From contig JAAOYA010000010.1 in NCBI GenBank assembly GCA_018221105.1, positions 145,678 to 209,677 of the forward strand: a stretch of 64,000 bases of DNA. Direction: 5' to 3'. The notes under the pieces are model-generated. The model did not search any database, was not told the origin of the DNA, and saw only the letters and a program-made list of their open reading frames with translations. The DNA comes from Candidatus Woesearchaeota archaeon. Lineage in GTDB: Archaea; Nanobdellota; Nanobdellia; Woesearchaeales; JAAOYA01. Shown piece after piece: positions 48,295 to 57,492 of this stretch (position 1 is its first letter; the number at the start of each line of letters is the position of its first letter). The position numbers and the translations under genes were made by a program.

Positions 48295-49887
48295 TTATAA
48301 GTTTTTCCGTCCTAAAAAGTAGAACACATTAAAAAGCATTAAGCCAGTGAGCACAATGTACGCTAATTGTTTTTTTAGTTTTACTTGTTTTGACTCGTAA
48401 ATTATACTATTGCGTGAAACAATAACTGGCAATTTATCACTTGCAATGCTAATTATTGGTTGCGCAACACCTACACTTTCAAAACTTGCGCTTTGAGCGC
48501 TAGCCTCTTGTACTCCTGACTGTACTGTTAAAGGATTTTGTAAACTGACAGTTTTGGTTAGTTCGTAAGGTGTTTTCAAATCATCTTTTCGTATTACAAC
48601 TTTTAGTTTGTAATCGCCACTTTCGCCTTCAAGCACAATGTTTTCTAGTGTTATTTGCGCGTCTGTACTAGCTTGTAAAGTAATAGTTTTAGTGTTTGCG
48701 TCGCGCTCGCCACTATAACTTTTTGGTCCTCGGTAAATGTAGCTGTAAACACTAAATGAGTGTTTTTCGTCATCATTGTTTTCAATTAATAATTTAGTTT
48801 TTGCTGTTGTTCCAATAAGTATTATTGGTTCGTAATCAATGATTTCATAATTGATTGTTTTGCTAGTGGAAGTTTTTGTTTTGTACTTTGTTATTTCATC
48901 ACAGTTTTTTGTGCTTGTTCCACTAAGATGTATTTTTTTTGTTATGACATTATCCAAGCCTTCAATTAGTAAGTCATAATCTTTATTTTTTAGTCTGCCA
49001 TTACAATTTGGTTTTAATTGTACTGGCGTATTAACTATTGCTTCTGAAAACTTTGAATTGATGTAGAATTTGCTAGTGGTTGCCGCGTTAGGTATTCTAA
49101 TATAAACTACTGTTTTGCCAGAGTCTCCCCTGAAAGCTCTTGTTTTGACGTGCACTATATCTCCAAAAGTTGCCTCTGTTGGATAATCTAGTAGTTCTAC
49201 TTCTGAATTGTAGCGCTCTACTCCTTTTTTCACTACTAATTTTTCATCGTAAATGTTTTCATTGGTGTTATTGCACTTAGCGTGCAATTTAGCGCATAGT
49301 ATGAATGCTTTGTCAGTCTCTGAAAATTTTGGAGTGTAACTTTTCTGATTGTCGTTTGACGTGTTATACTTTTTTTTGAGGATGTTTTTAAAAACGTCTT
49401 CAATCCAATATTCAATCTCATAATCAAAAGTTTCATCCAATTCAAAAGAATATTTTATTGATTCATTATTTTCATATAATTTTTTTGTAGATGTTAACTC
49501 TAGTGATACATTGCAAGGTATTGTGTTAGTGTCAATAACATTAATGGTTTTGCAAATAATTTGTTCACTATTATTTATTTGACCGCACAAAACAAACTCT
49601 CCAACTTCACCAATTACTAACGTGCCAGTGTTTGCGTACTTATAACTTTTCACGTCAACTGTGAAAAAATCACTAAAAACTAACGTGTTATTTTTTGATA
49701 AGTTATAATTTACAGTCACACTTACATAATCTCCTCCACTGCTATAAGTTGTGTTCTTGATTTTAAAAAGTCGAGTGTACTCTGAATCCATAAAAACAAC
49801 ATCATCAACATATGTTTCGATAGTCATTTGTGCATTGACAACTGGCAAGAGCAATAATAACAATAAAATAATTTTTGTCTTTAACAT
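48295..49887 (-). CDS. cell-surface glycoprotein (signal peptide, C-terminal TM anchor)
   Basis: N-terminal signal, many N-x-S/T sequons, C-terminal hydrophobic anchor LAYIVLTGLMLFNVFYFLGRKNL. Confidence 0.55.
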   Translation of the reverse strand: MLKTKIILLLLLLLPVVNAQMTIETYVDDVVFMDSEYTRLFKIKNTTYSSGGDYVSVTVNYNLSKNNTLVFSDFFTVDVKSYKYANTGTLVIGEVGEFVLCGQINNSEQIICKTINVIDTNTIPCNVSLELTSTKKLYENNESIKYSFELDETFDYEIEYWIEDVFKNILKKKYNTSNDNQKSYTPKFSETDKAFILCAKLHAKCNNTNENIYDEKLVVKKGVERYNSEVELLDYPTEATFGDIVHVKTRAFRGDSGKTVVYIRIPNAATTSKFYINSKFSEAIVNTPVQLKPNCNGRLKNKDYDLLIEGLDNVITKKIHLSGTSTKNCDEITKYKTKTSTSKTINYEIIDYEPIILIGTTAKTKLLIENNDDEKHSFSVYSYIYRGPKSYSGERDANTKTITLQASTDAQITLENIVLEGESGDYKLKVVIRKDDLKTPYELTKTVSLQNPLTVQSGVQEASAQSASFESVGVAQPIISIASDKLPVIVSRNSIIYESKQVKLKKQLAYIVLTGLMLFNVFYFLGRKNL

Positions 49888-51044
49888 TTTAAGAATGGGT
49901 ATAGTAGTGAGAATGTTGCCGCTATGATAAAGCTTATTGTGAAAGGGTAAAAATCAATGAAGAATACTAACATTATAAACGGTAAGAATATTATCCTGCT
50001 TAAATTAAAGATTATTTCTCTGATGACAATAAAAGTATAATAGTTTTCTTTTGTCGCGTCATCATAGCTTTGAGCGCTCCATGGCAAGTGCAATATTTTT
50101 TCTGAAAAATTCTTGTAAGAATCTACGAGTATTACTCTAAAAGCGTTGTTTGCGAAAACTCTGCCAATCCACGCGAAAAAGTATAGTGTTGTCGCAAAGC
50201 GCAATAGTTTTTTCTTGTTTTTTTGTTTGTCGCTGATTTTTCCAATAAAGTACACTATCATTAAGGATACAGATATAGTTACTGTTACTACAAATCCTAC
50301 TTTTTGTGTTGTCAAAAATAATATTATCAAAAATATTGGCCATAGTATTCTGCCAATTATTGATTCTACAGCGTAGCCTGAAAAACTTAGAAAGTTTGTA
50401 ATGTTTTGCTTGTTTGTCAGGTATTGTTTTGCTAGTTTATAATTCAGCATTGTGCTTTCTTTGATATCTGGGCTGAAGAACAATGGTATGACACTAAAGA
50501 ACAGTATTATTATTGCAATAATAAACAGTGCATCATAACTTTTTAAGCCAATAATAATTCCTGCTATTGCTGGCGCGATAACAGTTCCAATGATTGATAA
50601 TATTCCAATGATTGATAATTCAGTGCCACGTTTTTTCGCATTAGAGTGTTCTATGTAATTGAGGTGAAATCCATAATTGTAAAACATCATCCTAAAAGCT
50701 TTGATTGTTGGCAGTACAAAAAACAAGGCTTTTATTGAAGGTAATAATTGCAGTCCGATATAATAGAATACTAGAAACGGTACTGAAATGAATATTGCGT
50801 GTTTGATGCCTATGTTTGTGACAATCCGCGCGCTAAATAGTGAAAATATCACGAATGACAAGCTGATCAAAAAAAAGAATAATATTATTTTTGTTATTGA
50901 ATAACCGTTTTGGTACAAGTATATTGGCACGAAAAAGCTTATTAGGTTTTGTGCTATTGTCATCAAAAATACTGATGTGTATAATTGATTGATTTCTTTT
51001 TCAACAAAGAATTTGTGAAGCAAGTGATGACTGTGATGTGACAT
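49881..51044 (-). CDS. MFS transporter
   Basis: 12 TM helices. Confidence 0.6.
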   Translation of the reverse strand: MSHHSHHLLHKFFVEKEINQLYTSVFLMTIAQNLISFFVPIYLYQNGYSITKIILFFFLISLSFVIFSLFSARIVTNIGIKHAIFISVPFLVFYYIGLQLLPSIKALFFVLPTIKAFRMMFYNYGFHLNYIEHSNAKKRGTELSIIGILSIIGTVIAPAIAGIIIGLKSYDALFIIAIIILFFSVIPLFFSPDIKESTMLNYKLAKQYLTNKQNITNFLSFSGYAVESIIGRILWPIFLIILFLTTQKVGFVVTVTISVSLMIVYFIGKISDKQKNKKKLLRFATTLYFFAWIGRVFANNAFRVILVDSYKNFSEKILHLPWSAQSYDDATKENYYTFIVIREIIFNLSRIIFLPFIMLVFFIDFYPFTISFIIAATFSLLYPFLKC

Positions 51045-51071
51045 ACTAAAACTTTTGTTGTTATTGCTTTA

Positions 51072-51626
51072 TTAATTTAACGCAATGAGTAGTGTTTCAA
51101 TAATCGCAGCGATTAAAAGAAGCGGCAGTACAATGTAGGTGAATTGTTTAGCTGTTTTCGCCGCTCTTTGTTTAAAATCTTTTTTTATTGAAAGTCCTAG
51201 TTTTACTCCCAAGTACGATGCTATAATTATCGCCGGTATTTCAAAAATTCCGTGCGGTAAAAGATACAAAAACACGTAGTTTGTTGACTCCAAAGCTTTT
51301 TGTTTTACTATTGCTCCCGCTATAAAACCATTGAACGCCAGTATGATAAATGGCAAAACTATTGTAATGCCCAATAATATTGTGATAAAAGCCATTCTTA
51401 GATTGTTATATAGTATAAAACCAAATAATTCTATGATGTTGTAATCTTGTGTTTTTGCGAGTAATATGTCAGTTATTGTTTGTTGCAATTGTAATAGTGT
51501 GTTTTCAAATATTGTTCCAAAAATAAATCCTGCAAAAAAAACAATTGTTAGACTAATGATTAATTTTTTATCATTTTTTAAGTCATTGATTAAGTCTATT
51601 ATTTTATTCATTGTAAATTCCCACAA
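51072..51626 (-). CDS. membrane protein, SpoIIM/DUF95-like
   Basis: 184 aa, 4-5 TM helices; topology as in the stage II sporulation protein M family. Confidence 0.35.
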   Translation of the reverse strand: MWEFTMNKIIDLINDLKNDKKLIISLTIVFFAGFIFGTIFENTLLQLQQTITDILLAKTQDYNIIELFGFILYNNLRMAFITILLGITIVLPFIILAFNGFIAGAIVKQKALESTNYVFLYLLPHGIFEIPAIIIASYLGVKLGLSIKKDFKQRAAKTAKQFTYIVLPLLLIAAIIETLLIALN

Positions 51627-52587
51627 TATCGTGGCCGCACTGGCACTTATTGTTCTTTATTTTGTTTGATATTAGTCCAAAACCACTGCGGCTGATTAAC
51701 AATTTTTTGCATTTTGGACAATTTGTGTTCGTTTGGCTGCCAATATTTCCTAAGTACACATAATCTAAATATTTGTCTGCTATTTTTTTTGCTTGTTCTA
51801 ATGTGTTTGTCTGCGTCGGAGGTTGTGTTGTCTTGTATGATGGATAGTATGCGCTAAAGTGCAGTGGTATTTTTTTGTTAATGTTTGCAATCCACCTAAC
51901 CATTTTTTCTATTTCTTTTAAGTCATCATTGAGCTTTGGTATTATTAGATTAGTGATCTCAAGCCATACTTTGCCATTAAGAAATTCAATGGTGTTTTTT
52001 ACTGGCTCTAATTTTGCTTTGCATTGTGTTTGATAGAATCGTTCGTTGAAAGCTTTCAAGTCAATGTTTGCAGCGTCAATATTTTTTACTAATCTTTTTA
52101 ATGGTTCTAAATTAATAAAACCGTTACTTACAATTATGTTTTTTAGTTTGTGACGTTTTGCTATTTTTGCTGTGTCCATCAAATACTCATAAAATATTAT
52201 TGGCTCAGTGTACGTGTAACTTATAGAATCACAATCGTTCTCTAAAGCTAATTCTACAATTTTTTCTGGCGTGTACTCTGCTACTTTTTTTGGTTTTGTT
52301 TTAGAAATTGTATAATTTTGACAGTGCAAACACCCAAGATTACAACCGATAGTTCCCAGCGAAAATGTTTTAGTGCCTGGCAAATAATGATATAATGGCT
52401 TTTTTTCTATAGGATCAACATTTAATGCTATTGGCTGCGCATAAACCAGCGAGAACAACCTACCTTTAATGTTTTGGCGAACTCCACAAACCCCGACTTT
52501 ACCATCAGCAATCACGCAATTGTGAGGGCACAAAGTGCACTTTACTTTAGAGCCAATCCTCTTATCAAAAAACCTTGCAAGGCGCAT
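51604..52587 (-). CDS. AmmeMemoRadiSam-system-type radical SAM enzyme (PflA-like)
   Basis: N-terminal CTLCPHNC...C cluster, radical SAM CNLGCLHCQN (CxxxCxxC), PIEKKPLYHY motif. Confidence 0.75.
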   Translation of the reverse strand: MRLARFFDKRIGSKVKCTLCPHNCVIADGKVGVCGVRQNIKGRLFSLVYAQPIALNVDPIEKKPLYHYLPGTKTFSLGTIGCNLGCLHCQNYTISKTKPKKVAEYTPEKIVELALENDCDSISYTYTEPIIFYEYLMDTAKIAKRHKLKNIIVSNGFINLEPLKRLVKNIDAANIDLKAFNERFYQTQCKAKLEPVKNTIEFLNGKVWLEITNLIIPKLNDDLKEIEKMVRWIANINKKIPLHFSAYYPSYKTTQPPTQTNTLEQAKKIADKYLDYVYLGNIGSQTNTNCPKCKKLLISRSGFGLISNKIKNNKCQCGHDIVGIYNE

Positions 52588-52647
52588 AAGAAAAGTAAAG
52601 AAATTATATTATTAAAAGTTTTGTTAAAAAAATAAAAAAAAATTGTT

Positions 52648-53049
52648 TTAAACTTTTCTCCGCTCAAGATAATATTCAAGTAATACTCCGTATGTTCTTC
52701 CAGGTCGTGCGTTATCACCAAGACCGTTCTCTAAAGAAACAGTACCTACATTAATTATGCCTTTATCTGTTTGAGCTCTTATCATTTCACTTTTTCCTGA
52801 GCTAAACTCTGTTTCTTCTAACTCTTCACCTAATCTCCTACAACAATAAACGACAGCTTCCAAATTAAAACTAGAAAACTGAACACTGGTTACAGGTTCT
52901 GGAGTTTCGCGGTTCTTTTCTCCAACAATAATTTTAACAGTATCACTTACAAGCGGGTCAAGAAAACTGTATTGTGGATTAATATTGTTCATTAAAAAAT
53001 ATATTATGTCATTACTGATATTTATTGTTTGTTGTGCTAGACTATTCAC
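52648..53049 (-). CDS. hypothetical protein
   Basis: 133-aa ORF upstream of the radical SAM gene. Confidence 0.35.
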   Translation of the reverse strand: MNSLAQQTINISNDIIYFLMNNINPQYSFLDPLVSDTVKIIVGEKNRETPEPVTSVQFSSFNLEAVVYCCRRLGEELEETEFSSGKSEMIRAQTDKGIINVGTVSLENGLGDNARPGRTYGVLLEYYLERRKV

Positions 53050-53118
53050 TATTTAAAAACAACAGTTTTTTTTTTAGAAAGTTTTTTATACTGTGTTAAG
53101 CCCAATTTATTAAAAGAG

Positions 53119-54360
53119 GTGTGGCAATTGGCATTACTAGGTTTTGGCAAGAAAAAAAATTCAACAATTGATTCTACAACACCAGAGGCTGCGCCGCCAC
53201 CACCACCAGAACCAGAAGACACTGATATTGACAAATTACAAGCTGATTTTAGTAAGATAAGCAACGATGAAGGTGCGGACACAGGACTTAATAGTGCTCC
53301 AGACTTAAATTTTGATCTTCCACCACTGCCAGATTTGGGAGGTGATACTAAAACAGTTGATAAACCAAAGCCTAAGGGTCCATCTTTAGATATTGACTTG
53401 CCGCCAGCACCTGATAGTACTTCAATGCCAAAAACTGAAGTTTCAACACCTGATATCAAACCTGTTGATTTAGAAATGCCTCCAGAGCCTCCAAGTTCGA
53501 AACCACCAGCAAAACTAGAGCCTCAAAAACCTTCCAGTGATAAAGAATTGCCACCACTTCCAACAGAATTGCCAAGCGCTCCACAAAAAACTGAAGTTTC
53601 AACCATTAATACTGCGCCACTTCCAGAACCTGACGCTATTGATGCAGTTTTAAGTGGAAAACCAGTAGAGAAAAAAGAAAAAGAAGAGCTTAAGGTTCCA
53701 GCGTTACCTCAAAAGCTTCCAGAGCCACCAAAAGCAACACCTATTCTGAAACCTAAGCCTAAAAAGAAAGGATTGTTTGCAAAAAAAGTCGTTCCTCAAA
53801 AACCTGTTGTTGTTGGTGCTATAGAGTCAGAGACTGGAGCTCTTGATCAAATAATGGGAGGCTTAAAAGAAAAGCAGCCAGTAATAGCTACGCCTGTACA
53901 GTCAATTGTTACCCCGCCAAAGTTGCCTTCATTAAAAGAACCTGCCCCAGTGGTTCCTTCTTTAAAAACTGAAGCTACTAAGCTTCCAGCACCAACTGTT
54001 AAACCTGTAAGTTTAGAAAATCCTCCAGAGCGCTTGCCACCAATTGAAGATTTAGGAATTACCAAAGAAGAGTTAGAACATGCTAGGACAATGATTACAC
54101 AAAAATTGTCAAGTACGAAAACTACGGGTTTTGGTCCTCCAAAACCATCACCACTATATGTTAAACTAGAAAGTTATAAGTCATTAGATTCAGACCTGCA
54201 ATTTTTGAGCGCTAAACTGGATGACGCTAACAAATTAATCGCTAAAAGCAAAAGAACACTTGCTGATAAAGAAGCACAGTTTAGACAATGGAGTAGTATG
54301 ATTGAAGAAATTCAAAGAAAATTATTATATGTTGACAAAAAAATTTTTGGTGAGAGCTAA
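53119..54360 (+). CDS. Pro/Glu/Lys-rich intrinsically disordered protein with C-terminal coiled-coil domain
   Basis: ~300 aa of PxxP / DLPPLPD-type repeats with no TM, then PLYVKLESYKSLDSDLQFL... helical domain. Confidence 0.6.
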   Translation: MWQLALLGFGKKKNSTIDSTTPEAAPPPPPEPEDTDIDKLQADFSKISNDEGADTGLNSAPDLNFDLPPLPDLGGDTKTVDKPKPKGPSLDIDLPPAPDSTSMPKTEVSTPDIKPVDLEMPPEPPSSKPPAKLEPQKPSSDKELPPLPTELPSAPQKTEVSTINTAPLPEPDAIDAVLSGKPVEKKEKEELKVPALPQKLPEPPKATPILKPKPKKKGLFAKKVVPQKPVVVGAIESETGALDQIMGGLKEKQPVIATPVQSIVTPPKLPSLKEPAPVVPSLKTEATKLPAPTVKPVSLENPPERLPPIEDLGITKEELEHARTMITQKLSSTKTTGFGPPKPSPLYVKLESYKSLDSDLQFLSAKLDDANKLIAKSKRTLADKEAQFRQWSSMIEEIQRKLLYVDKKIFGES

Positions 54361-54584
54361 TGAGTGAACCAATATTTGTAAAAGTTGAAGCTTACAAAGA
54401 CGTGCAAAACATATTAACATTAGTAAATGATAATATGGGACGAGCAAGAAAATTATTACAAGAGTTAAAAGATTTAAAACTTGAAGAAGACAAACAATTA
54501 AACGATTTTTCATTGCAATTAGCAGAAGTTGAGAGCAAAGTCGCAACAATCAATCGCGAGCTAAGCAATTCACCACAACAATAA
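54360..54584 (+). CDS. small coiled-coil protein (paralog 2)
   Basis: PIFVKVEAYKDVQNIL... N-motif shared with the C-domain of the upstream gene; ATGA start/stop overlap. Confidence 0.55.
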   Translation: MSEPIFVKVEAYKDVQNILTLVNDNMGRARKLLQELKDLKLEEDKQLNDFSLQLAEVESKVATINRELSNSPQQ

Positions 54585-54585
54585 A

Positions 54586-54909
54586 ATGGAACAAGATATT
54601 TTTTTTGTTGGCGTTGACAAACCAGACCTACTAAGGCGCAATTTAATGGAAGCTTCAAAGCTAACAATAAATTTTTTTCACCAAGCTAACGAGTTTCAAT
54701 CACTGCGACAGCGAAAAATACGCTTGTTAGAACAACTTTCTGAAGTAGTAGTCAAAACTAATGCTTTGATTGGAGAGTTAAAACATTCTTTTCCAAACAT
54801 TGATTCTTTACCACTGCCACAATTAGACATTGTAGCGCACAATGCAAACCTTCAAGCATTAGAGAATGAACTGACAGATATTGAAAACCAGTTAGACCAA
54901 CTCAACTAA
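54586..54909 (+). CDS. small coiled-coil protein (paralog 3)
   Basis: DIFFVGVDKPDLLRRNL... N-motif; 1-nt spacer from the previous gene. Confidence 0.55.
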   Translation: MEQDIFFVGVDKPDLLRRNLMEASKLTINFFHQANEFQSLRQRKIRLLEQLSEVVVKTNALIGELKHSFPNIDSLPLPQLDIVAHNANLQALENELTDIENQLDQLN

Positions 54910-54984
54910 ATAGTTTTATAAATAATTCATTAGTTCTAGCATCACATTCGCGGGTATCAAAAATAAATATTTTTGGGACCCGCG

Positions 54985-55180
54985 CAGTACCTTTGCGGGG
55001 GTAGGAAAGCGGTCAAATGAAAATCGGGGATTTCCAAAGCTCTGAAATCCTGCGGCTTTCAGATCAAATCCGCTGGACTCAAGAATTATTGAGTGCGGGT
55101 AACAAACCAAGTTTTTTGATGGCGAATCCGCCCATTATTGTGGAATCCAGTCCCTTAGTGGGTTCGGGGGTTCGAATCCC
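54985..55180 (+). tRNA. tRNA-Leu (anticodon CAA) with two predicted introns (D-arm ~51 nt; anticodon loop ~61 nt)
   Basis: Exons assemble to GCGGGGG-UA-GGA-AAGCGGUCAAA-UCC-G-CUGGA-[CUCAAGA]-UCCAG-UCCCUUAGUGGGUUC-GGGGG-UUCGAAU-CCCUC-CCCCCGC-A (class II Leu). First insertion 55008..55058 is flanked by TCAAAT direct repeats; second 55075..55135 follows the canonical anticodon loop. Confidence 0.55.
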
Positions 55181-55260
55181 TCCCCCCGCATTTACCACTC
55201 TAAAACAATAATCTTTAAATAAAAGCAATTGCTTGACTGAACAACTGAGGGGAGAACATT

Positions 55261-56010
55261 ATGAAACTTACACTTGCAGAACCAAGATATTTAAAAGACA
55301 GTGTTAGTATAATTAGTGATTTAGTCAACGAAGCACGTTTTACTATAACAAAAGACGCTGTTGAACTTGTTGCTATGGACCCTGCTAATGTTGCAATGGT
55401 AGTGTTCAAATTATTATCTAGCAGTTTTGTCGAATACACTATTAAAGAAGACACCAGTATCGCAATAAATTTGTCAAACTTAAAACAAGTATTAGCACGA
55501 GCAAAAGCTAATGATATGCTAACTTTAGAGCTTGACAAGGACGCTAGCAGACTAATTGTCAAATTCAAAAGCAACACTATAAGAACTTTTAGCTTGCCAA
55601 TTCTTGATTTAGAAGAAAAAGAACAAAAAGTTCCAGAACTAACTTTTCCAATAACCATTGAGACAAGCTCAGCAGTACTCAACGAGGCAATCGAAGACGC
55701 TGACGTTGTAGCAGAAAGCGTGAATTTCATTGCAGAAAAAAATAAGTTGACACTTTTAGCTGAAGGCGACCTCTCAAATGCTAACATTGAAATTAGCGCT
55801 GATGACGAGACTAAAATCCAGGCTGAGGGCATGGATAAAGTTAAAGCAAAGTATTCAATTGAATACATGAAAAAAATCATTAAAGGCTCAAAACTGTCTG
55901 ATAGAGTTAAAGTTCAATTCAATAAAGATTACCCATTAAAAGTAGAGTACAAAAGCGTTGACAAAGTGTTAATGACTTTCATACTAGCACCACGAGTAGA
56001 AAACGATTAA
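55261..56010 (+). CDS. pcn: DNA polymerase sliding clamp (PCNA)
   Basis: 249 aa; MKLTLAEPRYLKDSVSIISDLVNEARF... PCNA N- and C-domains. Antisense ORF 55215..55880 is a Ser-rich artefact. Confidence 0.88.
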   Translation: MKLTLAEPRYLKDSVSIISDLVNEARFTITKDAVELVAMDPANVAMVVFKLLSSSFVEYTIKEDTSIAINLSNLKQVLARAKANDMLTLELDKDASRLIVKFKSNTIRTFSLPILDLEEKEQKVPELTFPITIETSSAVLNEAIEDADVVAESVNFIAEKNKLTLLAEGDLSNANIEISADDETKIQAEGMDKVKAKYSIEYMKKIIKGSKLSDRVKVQFNKDYPLKVEYKSVDKVLMTFILAPRVEND

Positions 56011-56055
56011 AACCCTGGTTCTAGAGAATAAGAGGTGCAAGAAATAGTATAGGCG

Positions 56056-57195
56056 ATGTTAATGAATGATGATTATTTGAGTAGGGCTGAAGCTGAGGAT
56101 TTGGCTGCAAATTATTTGGCAAATGAAAGTGTTGTTACTTCAACACAAGAAATTTTAGATTCTGGAGTTATACCTGCACTTAAAGGTTTTGTGGCTCGTC
56201 CTGGAAAAGTCTCGGATAGTATTTTTGGCGGGTGGTATGAATATCTTGATAAAGCAAACGATGAAATGATAGAATTTGAAAATCCTTCGCTTTACGCAAA
56301 AAATGATGTTCCACTACGAGCTATGGTTCGAACTCCAGAAATATCAACTCATGATCAGCAACGTGGCGGCATTCCTTTTAAAGATCAAATACTTGCACTA
56401 AACCATAATTACATGCGAAAATTAGCATCGCGTTTTATTGGAACTTCACAGTTTGAAGTTGACGGTTTAGAAGATAGTAGTGTTGTTATTGCTGCTGAAA
56501 ATCTTGATCAGTTCATGTTTGAAAATGTCCTTAGAGCTTTTATGGCAGATACAACAACTACAACTTCATTGATTAATGCTTGGCGAAAGGGCAAAAAAAA
56601 GTTTTGCGGTCATGACATTGAAAGTATTAGAGATCAATTATTTACAAATGGACCTTTACCTTATATTATGGATACTCCTAGCACTAAAAGCGATGTTAGT
56701 GATGAAAGTGTCAGCCCTCATACTTTATTTCGCAGAAACATTTGCACTCCAGCAGAGTATCGTACAATTATTAATGGTTCTATAGCTGCTTTTGGTGCTG
56801 TAAGTCAGTACTTGCTTAGCAAAGGAATATTATTTGCGGATACTAAAACAGAACATGGGCGTAACAAACGAGGCGAAATTGTTAGCCAAGATGAATTGTT
56901 CACAATGGATAGTAGCAGATTTTGGCTAGAAGATGAGTATAACGAACAATTTGAAAAGCTTCAAAATGGAGAAATTGCAAAATTAGCACCTGTTCATTAT
57001 TCTAAAGAGTTTGCACGTGAGTTTGCTGAAGGTAAAAAAGGTTTTACTGATGATCAAAAAGTCAAGATTGCTGCTCGCTACATTGAAGGTATTCAACACT
57101 TGTTAGGAGAACGTTTTATTCCTGACATGCGAGGGCGCGATGAGAGAGTTGTTGCTGGTTTAGAAAAAGTGGTTAGTGAAATAATAATACCATAA
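56056..57195 (+). CDS. purC: SAICAR synthetase (PurC)-family protein, long form
   Basis: ILFADTKTEHGRNKRGEIVSQDELFTMDSSRFW matches the PurC L-x-DTK-E-G...DE..TPDSSRFW core; 379 aa. Confidence 0.55.
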   Translation: MLMNDDYLSRAEAEDLAANYLANESVVTSTQEILDSGVIPALKGFVARPGKVSDSIFGGWYEYLDKANDEMIEFENPSLYAKNDVPLRAMVRTPEISTHDQQRGGIPFKDQILALNHNYMRKLASRFIGTSQFEVDGLEDSSVVIAAENLDQFMFENVLRAFMADTTTTTSLINAWRKGKKKFCGHDIESIRDQLFTNGPLPYIMDTPSTKSDVSDESVSPHTLFRRNICTPAEYRTIINGSIAAFGAVSQYLLSKGILFADTKTEHGRNKRGEIVSQDELFTMDSSRFWLEDEYNEQFEKLQNGEIAKLAPVHYSKEFAREFAEGKKGFTDDQKVKIAARYIEGIQHLLGERFIPDMRGRDERVVAGLEKVVSEIIIP

Positions 57196-57198
57196 ATT

Positions 57199-57444
57199 CT
57201 ATTTTATTATTTTGTAGCTTTTTATTAGGTGTAATCGTGTTTTTATTGTTTTGTAGAGTTTTTCGAATTCTTCTGTGCTTAATTCTACTAGTCCTGAGGA
57301 GTCTTTGCCGCGAAATGCTAGAATTATTTTTTCGTCACTTGGATTGAATAGGTCTTCGTTGATGATAACTTCTTGTATTTTTCCTGACGTGTGCACCCGC
57401 ACTATTCCGTCCTTGTTAATTTTTTTAATTTTTATATCCATCAA
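57199..57444 (-). CDS. hypothetical protein
   Basis: 81-aa ORF. Confidence 0.35.
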   Translation of the reverse strand: MMDIKIKKINKDGIVRVHTSGKIQEVIINEDLFNPSDEKIILAFRGKDSSGLVELSTEEFEKLYKTIKTRLHLIKSYKIIK

Positions 57445-57492
57445 ACCACCTGAATGTGCAAATAATTAAACAAAATATAAAAGTTTCTATTC

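Noticed and set aside
53049-54065. Minus-strand ORFs 53049..53459 and 53847..54065
   Set aside because: Gly/Ser-rich antisense reading of the Pro-rich gene (CCN codons read as GGN on the other strand).
55215-55880. 221-aa minus-strand ORF
   Set aside because: Ser/Leu-rich antisense shadow of the PCNA gene.
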